Positions 1 through 9,638 of a stretch of DNA of 64,000 nt are shown one piece after another. Made by a program: the position numbers and the translations under genes. The notes under the pieces are model-generated. The model had not been told where the DNA came from. It was given only the letters and a program-made list of their open reading frames with translations, and searched no databases. The stretch comes from Candidatus Helarchaeota archaeon (GTDB lineage: Archaea; Asgardarchaeota; Lokiarchaeia; Helarchaeales; RDOG01): the NCBI GenBank assembly GCA_019058315.1, contig JAHPZH010000001.1, forward strand, positions 913,432 to 977,431. The letters are read 5' to 3'. Positions within the stretch are counted from its first letter, which is position 1; each line of letters begins with the position of its first letter.

Positions 1-534
1 CTTAAAAATTATAAAGTAGATATTAAGATCGAGAATAACCATATTTTTGATTTAGGAGAGATTAAACTTCAGACTATACATGCACCTGGTCATTGTGCTG
101 GGCATTGTATGTTTTGGGAACCTAGTAATAAAATTTTATTTCTTGCCGATATTGATTTAAGCTCATTTGGTCCTTGGTATGGTGATATTTCATCAAGCGT
201 TACTGATTTTATAGATTCTATTAATAAGGCAATAAAATTAAATCCAGATATTGCTATTTCAAGCCATAAAGGAGTTTATAAAGAGAGAATTAGAGAAAAA
301 TTAAAGATTTTTTTAGATAAAATTTATGAGAGGGAAGGAAAAATACTCAATTTTCTGGAAAGAAAGCACACATTAGAAGAAATTGTAAAACAAGCTTTTA
401 TTTATGGAAAATTTCCTGAACCTGAAGAAATGTTTGCTATTGCAGAAAGAATAATGGTTAAATTACATATTAATAGATTGTTAAATACAAAAAAAATTGA
501 AGAAAATCCTAAGTATTCATTTATTGCTATTTAA
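1..534 (+). CDS. MBL-fold metallo-hydrolase (5'-truncated by window edge)
   Basis: Frame is open from base 1 (LKNYKVD...LQTIHAPGHCAGHCMFW); the HxPGH motif, downstream LADID and SSH are typical of metallo-beta-lactamase folds, with a C-terminal wHTH-like tail. Confidence 0.8.
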   Translation, partial: LKNYKVDIKIENNHIFDLGEIKLQTIHAPGHCAGHCMFWEPSNKILFLADIDLSSFGPWYGDISSSVTDFIDSINKAIKLNPDIAISSHKGVYKERIREKLKIFLDKIYEREGKILNFLERKHTLEEIVKQAFIYGKFPEPEEMFAIAERIMVKLHINRLLNTKKIEENPKYSFIAI

Positions 535-557
535 CAAGTAAAAGGAGGTTTAAGGTT

Positions 558-857
558 ATGAAAATAAATTTAGGCAAAAAAATTATTAATGGTACTATTA
601 CTTCAATACCTATTAACGTTGGTCATGGTTATAGTAATGCTAATAGTTGTGTTATTAAATTAGACGCCGAAATTGAAGGTATTCCCGATGAACTTGTTGT
701 AAAATACTTTACTGCTAATGGTTTTTATGTCAGACCGGGAGATAAAGTTCTTATTCAAGGTAAAATCTATCGAGAAAGAATAAAATTTTGGAATAAAAAT
801 TTTATTTGGGTAAATGCTAACCACATTTTTAATCAAACACTGAATTGTGGTTTTTAA
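558..857 (+). CDS. Small OB-fold-like hypothetical protein
   Basis: GGAGG Shine-Dalgarno upstream; beta-rich pattern with RPGDKVLIQGKI typical of OB folds. Confidence 0.5.
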   Translation: MKINLGKKIINGTITSIPINVGHGYSNANSCVIKLDAEIEGIPDELVVKYFTANGFYVRPGDKVLIQGKIYRERIKFWNKNFIWVNANHIFNQTLNCGF

Positions 858-890
858 TAGCTAATTAAATTAATTTTAAAATCTAAAAAA

Positions 891-2723
891 TTAATGAACT
901 GTAACCGTTTTAGCTAAATTTCTAGGTTTATCTGGATCAAATCCTCTTTTAATTGCAGAAAAATAAGCAAACATTTGAAGTGGAACAATATAAGCCACTG
1001 GAGTAAATATATTAGGAACTTTAGAGGGAATAATGAATTTTATATCTGATAATTTTTGTATTTTTAAATCATCAATTTCAACAACACTAATGATTTTTGC
1101 TCCACGAGCTTTCATTTCCATAATATTTGTTATTAAACGCTCTTGAGTATCATCAGGAGGGGCAACAAACACAACTGGAAAATCAGGTTCTATTAAAGCA
1201 ATAGGTCCATGCTTACTTTCTCCTGCTGGATAACTTTCTGCATGGATATATGAAATTTCTTTTAATTTTAATGCTCCTTCCGAGGCAGTTGCGGTATTGA
1301 TTCCTCGACCTAAATATAAAAAATTGTCTTTTTTTGAAAATTGATCAGCAGCGATTTTAATATTTTCTTCTTGGTTTATAATGATTTTTTGGACAATATC
1401 AGGTAAAAAATCCAAATGATGCTTTAAATCTCTAAATTCCGACTGATCAATTGCTCCTTTAATTTTTCCTAATTGCATACCTAGCATACAGAATGCAATT
1501 AATTGAACTACAAAGGTTTTAGTTGCAGCTACACCTATTTCAGGTCCAGCTTGAGTATTAATTATATGATCTGAAAGTCTTGTAATAGAGCTTCCTACAA
1601 CATTAGTTATTGATATAATCTTAGCACCTGCTTTTTTAGCAAATTTCAACGCAGTTAAAGTATCCATTGATTCTCCAGATTGTGAAACACCTAAAACTAC
1701 AGAATCGTCATCGATTATATTTCCTACATTATCAATAAATTCCGATGAAATTAACGCCCTATTATTAGTTTTAGTGAGATTGTTAAATATATAAGAACCA
1801 GCAAGACCTGCATGGAAAGATGTCCCTGCAGCTGTAATAAATACGTTTTTCGTGTTATTAATCATTTTAGCAATATCAATAATATTTTCAGGGTCAATTA
1901 ACAAAGTATTTCTAATTGCTCTTGGTTGTTCATGAATTTCTTTCAACATGAAATGAGGCATTCCACCTTTTTGTGCCATTTCTGAAGTCCATTGGATAGT
2001 TATTGGTTCTCTTGGTATGATTGTGTTTGGATCACTTAATTTATAAATTTCTACCCTATTAGGAGTTAAAACAGCAATTTCTTCATCTTCTAATATTAGT
2101 GCTTGATTTGTAAGGTGTAAAAAAGCAGGAATATCACTCGCAGCAAATACTGCGTTAGAACCAATGCCAATTACAAGGGGACTATCTTTTCTAGCGACAA
2201 TAATTTGTTGGGGGTAGTCCTCATGTAAAATTGCAACAGCATATTCGCCATGAACTCTTTTTAAAGCTCTTATAACTGCTTCTTTCAACTTTGTTTTTCT
2301 TTTTCGTAAATTTATTTCTATTAAATGCGGCAAAACTTCGGTATCACATTCACTAATAAATTTATGCCCCATTTCTTCAATTTCTTCTTGTAGATCTAGA
2401 AAGTTACTAATGATTCCATTATGAACAACGGCTAATTTATTAGTACAACAATGATGTGGATGGGCATTTAGTTTTGTTACGCCTCCATGAGTTGCCCATC
2501 TAGTGTGCGCTATTCCAATATTTCCTGGTAAATCTGTAAGGGTAATTCTTTCTTCTACTTCATCGATTTTACCTTTATCTTTTTTGATATAAATTTTTCC
2601 TTCAGAAATTGTGGCTAAACCTACACTATCATACCCTCTATATTCGAGGCGTTTTAAAGAATCTTTTAATAATGGTGCAACTTGAGTATTATCGTTGAAA
2701 ACCATCGCAATTATGCCGCACGT
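891..2723 (-). CDS. glmS: Glutamine--fructose-6-phosphate aminotransferase (isomerizing); start proposed at ACG 2723
   Basis: LEYRGYDS, HTRWATHG, HNG, SQSGES, AATKT and PRNLAKTVT motifs; the conserved N-terminal CGII is encoded upstream of the ORF-track Met (ACG TGC GGC ATA ATT GCG ATG). Confidence 0.95.
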   Translation of the reverse strand, partial: TCGIIAMVFNDNTQVAPLLKDSLKRLEYRGYDSVGLATISEGKIYIKKDKGKIDEVEERITLTDLPGNIGIAHTRWATHGGVTKLNAHPHHCCTNKLAVVHNGIISNFLDLQEEIEEMGHKFISECDTEVLPHLIEINLRKRKTKLKEAVIRALKRVHGEYAVAILHEDYPQQIIVARKDSPLVIGIGSNAVFAASDIPAFLHLTNQALILEDEEIAVLTPNRVEIYKLSDPNTIIPREPITIQWTSEMAQKGGMPHFMLKEIHEQPRAIRNTLLIDPENIIDIAKMINNTKNVFITAAGTSFHAGLAGSYIFNNLTKTNNRALISSEFIDNVGNIIDDDSVVLGVSQSGESMDTLTALKFAKKAGAKIISITNVVGSSITRLSDHIINTQAGPEIGVAATKTFVVQLIAFCMLGMQLGKIKGAIDQSEFRDLKHHLDFLPDIVQKIIINQEENIKIAADQFSKKDNFLYLGRGINTATASEGALKLKEISYIHAESYPAGESKHGPIALIEPDFPVVFVAPPDDTQERLITNIMEMKARGAKIISVVEIDDLKIQKLSDIKFIIPSKVPNIFTPVAYIVPLQMFAYFSAIKRGFDPDKPRNLAKTVTVH

Positions 2724-2948
2724 TTTAAATTCGCCTCAAATATATAGTTACTAAATTAAAGTTTAACTCAAAATATTTATTTTTTTATATTATAATTAAA
2801 TACTCTTTAAATAATTTTGTAACTGAAAAAGCTAAAAACAGATTATTTCAATAAAAAATAAAAGAAATAACATAAAAATAGCTAACATTAGATTTAATCT
2901 TAATATAATTTCTAAAAAATTAAATTAACAAAATAAAATTAGAATGTT

Positions 2949-4202
2949 TTACTTGTGATCTGCATCAGAAATATGTTTCTTTATTGTTTCTTTGCTGGTT
3001 AGCATCTCTTTTTCTAAATTTTGGAGTTCCATTTCTAATTCTATTTCAGAATCGTTTATATTTGATGTAATATTTAATGGCCGAGTACCACTTATGATGT
3101 CCTTATAATCGAGTGTTTTTATATCATAAACTAAATTTCTCATTTTCTTTTTCAAAACTGCTTGATTATATGCTTGAAAACTCTGGGGTGGGAGGCTATT
3201 TGATAAAATTCCTGTAATTCTATTTGCGATGGGAATTAATGATATATTCTGAATTGCATTAGTTAATATAGAATATTTATTAGTTTTATCCTTATGATAT
3301 GTATTAATTCTCCAAATATTATAGTGATCATAAGGTGAAAAATATAAAAATTCTCGTTCTATTCCTTGATTACTATCCTTAAAAATCTTCGTGAATTCTC
3401 CAGGATGCATTAAATAAAATAAAAGTTCAGTATCAAGTCTAGGTAATCGCCATTTCTTTGAACTCATTCCCAATTTGACTTGGTAGTGATGCTCGATTGC
3501 TACAGAAATTTCAGTTGTTTCAGGATTATTAAGTAAACCTGATAGACTTTTATTAGATGTATAACAAAAATCAATCATGGGGTTTAGGATCTTAAGTTTT
3601 TCGGTCTCTATAATTCTAGTGGCATCATTATCAAATAATACAGCATCAGGAGAAGAATTATCAATAAGATCTATTGCATGCCCTCTTATATCATCTATTA
3701 ATTTTAAGGGCTGGTCCAATATATTAAATTTCACTTGATTATTTAAAAATTCAATTAAAATACAATTACATTTTTCGGAAACATCGGGTAAAGTCTTGAA
3801 TAATAAGGTTCTATAAAGTAAATGTTCTGGTAAAAGACCAAATTTTTTAACCATTAAGAATTCGCGTAAATCACTAAAATTTATAATATTAGTTATTGAG
3901 CCTGTTAAACTACTATCTATCAAACTTTCGGATAATACCTCAAATTCGTCTTTAGTTATTATTTTTTTATCCGATTTTCTACTTTCTGTTGTAATATCCA
4001 TCAAATATTCAATTATTAGTTTAATATCTCTTGTAGGAGATACCCCATATAGATGTTTTTGATAATAAACATCTTCTTCAATAATTCTATTTGATAAATA
4101 ACCCAGAACTTGGGAGAATCTTAAGTCCCCTAAAATATTTCGCCATTTTTGGACTTCAGATAACGATAGGACTCCTAAAATTTTTAGACTATCTACTCCC
4201 AT
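2949..4202 (-). CDS. Hypothetical protein, degenerate NurA-like (RNase H fold) domain
   Basis: Segments VLFDND, LDTELLFYLMHPGEFT, FLYF...WRINT and LPPQSFQAYNQAVL occur in the same order as NurA-family blocks; catalytic residues look eroded. Confidence 0.4.
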   Translation of the reverse strand: MGVDSLKILGVLSLSEVQKWRNILGDLRFSQVLGYLSNRIIEEDVYYQKHLYGVSPTRDIKLIIEYLMDITTESRKSDKKIITKDEFEVLSESLIDSSLTGSITNIINFSDLREFLMVKKFGLLPEHLLYRTLLFKTLPDVSEKCNCILIEFLNNQVKFNILDQPLKLIDDIRGHAIDLIDNSSPDAVLFDNDATRIIETEKLKILNPMIDFCYTSNKSLSGLLNNPETTEISVAIEHHYQVKLGMSSKKWRLPRLDTELLFYLMHPGEFTKIFKDSNQGIEREFLYFSPYDHYNIWRINTYHKDKTNKYSILTNAIQNISLIPIANRITGILSNSLPPQSFQAYNQAVLKKKMRNLVYDIKTLDYKDIISGTRPLNITSNINDSEIELEMELQNLEKEMLTSKETIKKHISDADHK

Positions 4203-4212
4203 TTAATACATC

Positions 4213-4875
4213 CTAATCGGGTCTTATAGTATATCTAAATTTACATTTATCTTCTAATTTCTTTTCAGAAATTACATTAAATTCATAAAGAGGAAATAAA
4301 GAGTTTATCACTTTACGTACAACTTTATCACAAAACCCACATAATTCCTTTTTACAAAATGACGAGTTTATGGGTTTTGTTAAATTTACTCCAACTAAAA
4401 TATATCCATGCCTTATTTTCTTTGTATATACATCTGTAGGGACATTAACCCTATCTTCAATTTCTTTTGAAAGGAACTCGGCAACATTGATATGAGTTTT
4501 ATCTTCTAATAAATCAAGAACAGAATTAAATCTAGAAAGTATAGAGTGAATTTCAGGAGACAATTTATAATAAGTATTTCTTGCATCAATTCCTGCTGCA
4601 ACAAGTTCCGTAACTAAACCAGTTTCAGTTAGTGATTTTAAACGTCTCCGAAGGGAAGAAATTGATACATTTGAATCTTTTGACCTTGAAATGTTATTTA
4701 ATAGTTCTTTTTGAGTTAAAGGTGAGCTGAAATCTTCATTTAACACCTTCAAAATTTTAAATGCCTCGTTACGAAGTTCACCAGGTGATTGGGAAAAAAA
4801 AGCTCTAATAAAGGCGTTTAAAACCTCGTTTTTTTCCTTAAATCTTTCTAAAGTGTCAGTCAAATTATTAGACAC
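4213..4875 (-). CDS. Winged-helix transcriptional regulator with Cys-containing C-terminal (V4R/MetOD-like) domain
   Basis: SISSLRRRLKSLTETGLV...YYKLS wHTH; C-terminal CKKELCGFC...CKF; GAGG SD before GTG. Confidence 0.6.
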   Translation of the reverse strand: MSNNLTDTLERFKEKNEVLNAFIRAFFSQSPGELRNEAFKILKVLNEDFSSPLTQKELLNNISRSKDSNVSISSLRRRLKSLTETGLVTELVAAGIDARNTYYKLSPEIHSILSRFNSVLDLLEDKTHINVAEFLSKEIEDRVNVPTDVYTKKIRHGYILVGVNLTKPINSSFCKKELCGFCDKVVRKVINSLFPLYEFNVISEKKLEDKCKFRYTIRPD

Positions 4876-5118
4876 AGTTCATTCCTCTAAATCTAATGGA
4901 TTTTTGTGTTATTAAATAAAAATCATTAAAACAATCCATTATTAAAAAAGAAGTAAATGATGATTCTTAAAACTAACGAATACTGCAGTATTCTTTTCTT
5001 TTTTAAATTATTTTCTAGTGGGATATTAAGTTAAAAATTGTTTTAAATCAACTGGAATTTTATCTCTAGAAATTGGAACTTGAGGTTCTATCTTGCTAAA
5101 GGTGTTTTTAACGTATTG

Positions 5119-6909
5119 TTAAAGTTCTTTAGAAATTTCTGTAAGCCACTGAAGGCGAATATCATAGGCATCAGACCAAAGTTTCTGGAATATGGAAATA
5201 TATTTTTTTATAAGGAAATTATCCATAATCAGATTTAATTTTGAATGCTCTGAGTATTCAAAAAGACAAAGAATATTTTGATCAATAATAGCAAACTGGA
5301 ATTGTTCAAATGAAATTTGTCTCATTTGAAATTGGGGATATAAACTTAAGATAAAATCTATAAAGAATCGTTTTAACTCGTCCTTTGAATAAATTGTTAA
5401 GTGCGGAAAGGTGTTGTTCCTTATCCATTTAAAGGTTACTCCCTCCTTGATTTTTTTCGGTACTAATGAATTCAACTTATCATAGAATTTTTCTTGAGAA
5501 AAAGTTTCTAATACCGAAAGAGTTCCTTCACTTGATTTAAAAATAGGTCCCTGAACGGTTAATACTTCATTTTTTGCATTTTTAAATAAATGTATATAAA
5601 ATTTTAATCCCAATTTCAATCCTGGGATTATGATAAATTTATCTGTGAAATTATATTTTATTGGGAATTTCCTTTCTGACTGCTTAATTGCTTTTTCTAA
5701 ATCCATATTAATTTTATAATCTATTATTGCATCTCTTATATCTAAACTATTTTCCCAAATCCGATCAAATTCAAACTTTATCTGTCTTGCTGTTAAATTA
5801 TTATTTATAACTAATCCATTCACGTTCTCAGTTAATTCATATATTCCAATAGCTTGAAATATAATATTTTCATCAATAACAAATCTAAATTCTCTTTTTT
5901 CCTTTTCAATAGGAACTTTAATTTCAAATTTATTTTGATAAATTTCTGTTATGAATTGTAAGAAGATATTATCGAATTTATGGACAAGCCAATCATCAAT
6001 ATATATAAGAATTCTTAGGTTAAATTCAACTTTTTTTCTCAAAATTTCTAACAAACTATAAAAAATTTCTTCCAAAAATCGCTTAATAGGGTCTATTCTT
6101 TCAAAATTACATCGAAAATCAATGAGAATCTCTTTATCTGCATTTTTAATTAATTCTATTATTGTTTCTTTAATCTCATTTATATTAGCTTTTATTTCAA
6201 AATCTTTTAATTTTTCTGGGATTTTCTTTTGTGTCTGTTGAAAATATTCAATAATTTCATTCATTCTTTTTTCTCTCTCACTCCAAAGATCCTCTTGAAA
6301 TTGTTGTTCAATTTTTATAATTGATCTTATGCTTTTTGGATAATAAAAATTCACTCTACCGATCTTCTGTCTAATAATTAATCCTCTTTTTTCCAATAAA
6401 TGCAAATTATATCTTATAGTTGGTTCTTTATTTTTACTTTTAGACTTTTGGCTAATATCCTTAAGACTCATGACATTTGGAGAAGTTTTATCATTGAAAT
6501 TTAAGAATAAAATGTTTAAAATTTCAACCATTTCGTTTGTTAGTCTTAATTGAGCACTTGAAATTTTTAAAATATCAAATTGACCTTTCTTATCCTTTAT
6601 TTTTTCTAAAAATGTATCAAAAAGTTGTTTTTTCTTCAAATGCGTGTTTTTTTCTTCTTGTAAAAGCTCTTTAAATCTAATTTCGTTAAATTGATACATA
6701 ATTGGGCGACGATCTTTTAATACAAATAAAAATTTCTTATCTATTAAATCTTGTAATACTTCGCGATAAAAAGATTTTTTAGATTTGATTAAATTTTTAA
6801 TTTTTTTAAAGCTTAAATCTTTCTTAGCTCTATTCTGAATAAAGAATTTGAGTAATTTTGCTTGATTTTTTGTTAGCCCCCAAACTTGTAAATTTTCTAA
6901 TGTAATCAT
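5119..6909 (-). CDS. TrmB-like regulator: 2 wHTH + 2 PLD-like effector domains (probable premature stop; homology continues towards 5026)
   Basis: WGLTKNQAKLL and IRYNLHLLEKRGLI wHTHs; repeats A.KE(I/V)L...IID...F..(I/L)W...DIR. Confidence 0.7.
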   Translation of the reverse strand: MITLENLQVWGLTKNQAKLLKFFIQNRAKKDLSFKKIKNLIKSKKSFYREVLQDLIDKKFLFVLKDRRPIMYQFNEIRFKELLQEEKNTHLKKKQLFDTFLEKIKDKKGQFDILKISSAQLRLTNEMVEILNILFLNFNDKTSPNVMSLKDISQKSKSKNKEPTIRYNLHLLEKRGLIIRQKIGRVNFYYPKSIRSIIKIEQQFQEDLWSEREKRMNEIIEYFQQTQKKIPEKLKDFEIKANINEIKETIIELIKNADKEILIDFRCNFERIDPIKRFLEEIFYSLLEILRKKVEFNLRILIYIDDWLVHKFDNIFLQFITEIYQNKFEIKVPIEKEKREFRFVIDENIIFQAIGIYELTENVNGLVINNNLTARQIKFEFDRIWENSLDIRDAIIDYKINMDLEKAIKQSERKFPIKYNFTDKFIIIPGLKLGLKFYIHLFKNAKNEVLTVQGPIFKSSEGTLSVLETFSQEKFYDKLNSLVPKKIKEGVTFKWIRNNTFPHLTIYSKDELKRFFIDFILSLYPQFQMRQISFEQFQFAIIDQNILCLFEYSEHSKLNLIMDNFLIKKYISIFQKLWSDAYDIRLQWLTEISKEL

Positions 6910-7026
6910 TTAAATCAAAATTAAAGATAAAAATTAATAATTACTTTCTACTATTTTCATCAAAATTTTTAAATTTTCCTTATCCCTACTTAATTTAACT
7001 AATAAAATATTATATTAACATAATTT

Positions 7027-7051
7027 GAGGGTCTGAGGGGGACCACTTATA
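7027..7051. promoter_or_regulatory. G-rich motif GAGGG-n-GGGACCA..TATA upstream of TrmB-like paralogue
   Basis: gagggtctgagggggaccacttata in a very AT-rich spacer; similar copy at 12904-12930. Confidence 0.35.
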
Positions 7052-7079
7052 TTAATTAGCTATTAAAAAAATAGTTATA

Positions 7080-9599
7080 TTATAATGGTGGAAATAATTT
7101 CCGAATTTCCTCTAACGAATATTCATGTTCTAATTTGAATTTATTAATTGATTCATTAGCTAAATCTTTCTTTTTTTTCGATCCATAAATTTGAAATATC
7201 TGTCGTAAATCTATTGTATTATTCCAAGTATTCTCAAATTGGGATTTATAATAGTGTATAAGATTATAATCGTTTATAACAAGCATTTGGAAATTATTAG
7301 AAGCTAAATCACCGATAACCAATGTGACATAATTGTCATAAATACCATAAATTGTGTTCAGTTCTAATCCAGCAGGAAGAAAATGAACTTGGTATCTAGG
7401 ATGCAAGTCTAGGCTCTGCTTCAAAATTTTATTTGAAATCGCATTTAGATAGTTAGGAAGATAAGAAAGAATGACACGTGCTTTCATCTTCTTATTTTCT
7501 ACAGTGTTTATTACCTCTTGTCCATATGATAAAACTAGATCAGCAAAAGTTTTTGCATATTCAGAATTTTCGATATTATTAATAAAATGTTCTGAAAATG
7601 ATTGAAAAATATTTACTTGATTTTTATTAATCTTTAATAGATGGGTAACTAAATATGTCGTATATTTTCCATCAAATACTTTCATTTCCCCTCTTTCGGG
7701 TAGGGAAATTGTTAATTCTAAATCATTTAAAGTATGTTTAAATAAATCCTGTAAAGATTTTGATTGATCTGAAAGCCAACTAAGTCTAAAGTCTAAAGAA
7801 TTAGACCAAGCATTCTGGAATATAAATAGAAACTGTTCAACGATATGTCGATCAGTAAAAAAAGTAAATTTGATTCTACCAGATTCTAAATATTCGGGAA
7901 TTAACAAGAGTTGTTTATCAATTATGATGAATTGATATTGTGGCATTTCTATTTGCCGCATTTGAAGGTATGGTGTTAAATTATATACTTGTTGGAGTTC
8001 ATTTTTTATTGTTTCTAAATCTTGTATAATATTAACATTAGCATCTGAGGAATTTCTTAATAATTTTACTTTTATACCATTTCTACATTTTTCAATTAAA
8101 ATTTTGAATAAATTTTTATAAAATAATCTTTGATAAGAAATATCACTATCATTATGAATACCAACTTTTTTAACTGATAATAAATCACCAAGGATAAGGA
8201 CCTCTGACTCTGCAGCTTTCAATAGATTTAAATTTACACTTAGAACATCTCTAAAACCAGTGATTATGACAGGATTTTTTCCGAATTTATATACTGGCGG
8301 ATTTCTTGTCATTGATTCAATAATTATGTTTTCTAGCTCATTACTAATCGATTCTCCCATTAATATATCTCTAATATCTATAGCACTATCCCAAACTCGC
8401 TCAAACTGCCGTTTCGCATTTTTAACACTTAATTCATTTTTATTTAATAAGATTTTATCAAATTGTGCCAGATCCTGCTTCACCATAAAATCTATTAAAG
8501 TAGAATTATCTATAATAATTTTAGCAGTCTTATAGTCACTCTCTGACGGTATTTTCAATTCTAATTTCCCTTGAGATATTAATTGAATTAATTGAGTGTA
8601 AAGAGATTCTAATTTTTGCAATACCCAGCTATCATAATACATAAGTAGTCTTACTTTTAGATTTGATTTCTCTCTCAGATTTAATATCTCTATAAAACTA
8701 TTGTAAAATTCTTTAGCAATATTTAATTTTGCAACGTTTCTTTCCGCTTTTAACCTAAAATCTAGCAAAATTTCTCCTTTTGCATTAATTAATTGGGTCT
8801 TTACCCATTTAACTACATCCATACGAAAATCAATTAACTGATATATATTATTAAGTGCTCTTTGAGGCTTTAAATCTTCCGAAATTTGATTATTATTAAT
8901 ATAATTGAGTGCATCCTGTAAGCGTGACTTTTTATTTTCCCAAATTGTTTGAAGGGATTTTTTTTCATTTTTTAAAATTGTAAGTAAATTTTTTGAAATA
9001 TAAGTTTTCGAACGTCCATCCTTTCTCGAAGAAATAAATCCCTGTTTCTCTAAAGAATTTAAGTAATATCTGATGTTATGAGCTTTTAATTTACCATTAT
9101 ATGGACTAATCATCTCTTTAATCTGTCTAATAGACCTGGCTATTGGAACGATTTTGCCATTTTCTTTAGAAAATAAGGTATTTAAAATATAGATTTTGTC
9201 CATACTTAATTTTAATTCAGGTATTGTTGTTTGTAATAATTCAAATACATGATTTAAATCAAAATCTTCGTTAATCTTATCTTGTTCTAATTCTTTTATT
9301 AGCTCTTCAATTTTTTTTTGTGAATTTGTATAATTATCCTCTTGTGCCTTTAATATATTCTCAAGTCTTGATTCATCATATTGATAAACACAAGGTTTTG
9401 TTTCTTTAGTAATGATTAAAAATTCTTGTTTAATTAAATCATCCAAAAGCTCCCAGTAAAATGATTCTTGTAGATTGAATTCATCTTCAATTAGTTTGTA
9501 TGTTAATGCAGATCTATGTTTTGAATTAATAATAAAGTTTAGAAGCTTTGCCTGATTTTCACTTAAACCAAATTCTTTTAATTTTTCAATCTCTATCAT
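7080..9599 (-). CDS. TrmB-like regulator: 2 wHTH + 3 PLD-like effector domains
   Basis: FGLSENQAKLL; IRYYLNSLEKQGFI; three repeats ending FERVWDSAIDIR, FQNAWSNSLDFR, FENTWNNTIDLR. Confidence 0.7.
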   Translation of the reverse strand: MIEIEKLKEFGLSENQAKLLNFIINSKHRSALTYKLIEDEFNLQESFYWELLDDLIKQEFLIITKETKPCVYQYDESRLENILKAQEDNYTNSQKKIEELIKELEQDKINEDFDLNHVFELLQTTIPELKLSMDKIYILNTLFSKENGKIVPIARSIRQIKEMISPYNGKLKAHNIRYYLNSLEKQGFISSRKDGRSKTYISKNLLTILKNEKKSLQTIWENKKSRLQDALNYINNNQISEDLKPQRALNNIYQLIDFRMDVVKWVKTQLINAKGEILLDFRLKAERNVAKLNIAKEFYNSFIEILNLREKSNLKVRLLMYYDSWVLQKLESLYTQLIQLISQGKLELKIPSESDYKTAKIIIDNSTLIDFMVKQDLAQFDKILLNKNELSVKNAKRQFERVWDSAIDIRDILMGESISNELENIIIESMTRNPPVYKFGKNPVIITGFRDVLSVNLNLLKAAESEVLILGDLLSVKKVGIHNDSDISYQRLFYKNLFKILIEKCRNGIKVKLLRNSSDANVNIIQDLETIKNELQQVYNLTPYLQMRQIEMPQYQFIIIDKQLLLIPEYLESGRIKFTFFTDRHIVEQFLFIFQNAWSNSLDFRLSWLSDQSKSLQDLFKHTLNDLELTISLPERGEMKVFDGKYTTYLVTHLLKINKNQVNIFQSFSEHFINNIENSEYAKTFADLVLSYGQEVINTVENKKMKARVILSYLPNYLNAISNKILKQSLDLHPRYQVHFLPAGLELNTIYGIYDNYVTLVIGDLASNNFQMLVINDYNLIHYYKSQFENTWNNTIDLRQIFQIYGSKKKKDLANESINKFKLEHEYSLEEIRKLFPPL

Positions 9600-9638
9600 T
9601 AAAATTACCTTTTACAACCTTTTATTATTATTAAATAT

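Noticed and set aside
2724-2948. glmS ribozyme upstream of glmS
   Set aside because: Leader is extremely AT-rich with no visible pairing or conserved core; the ribozyme is known from bacteria
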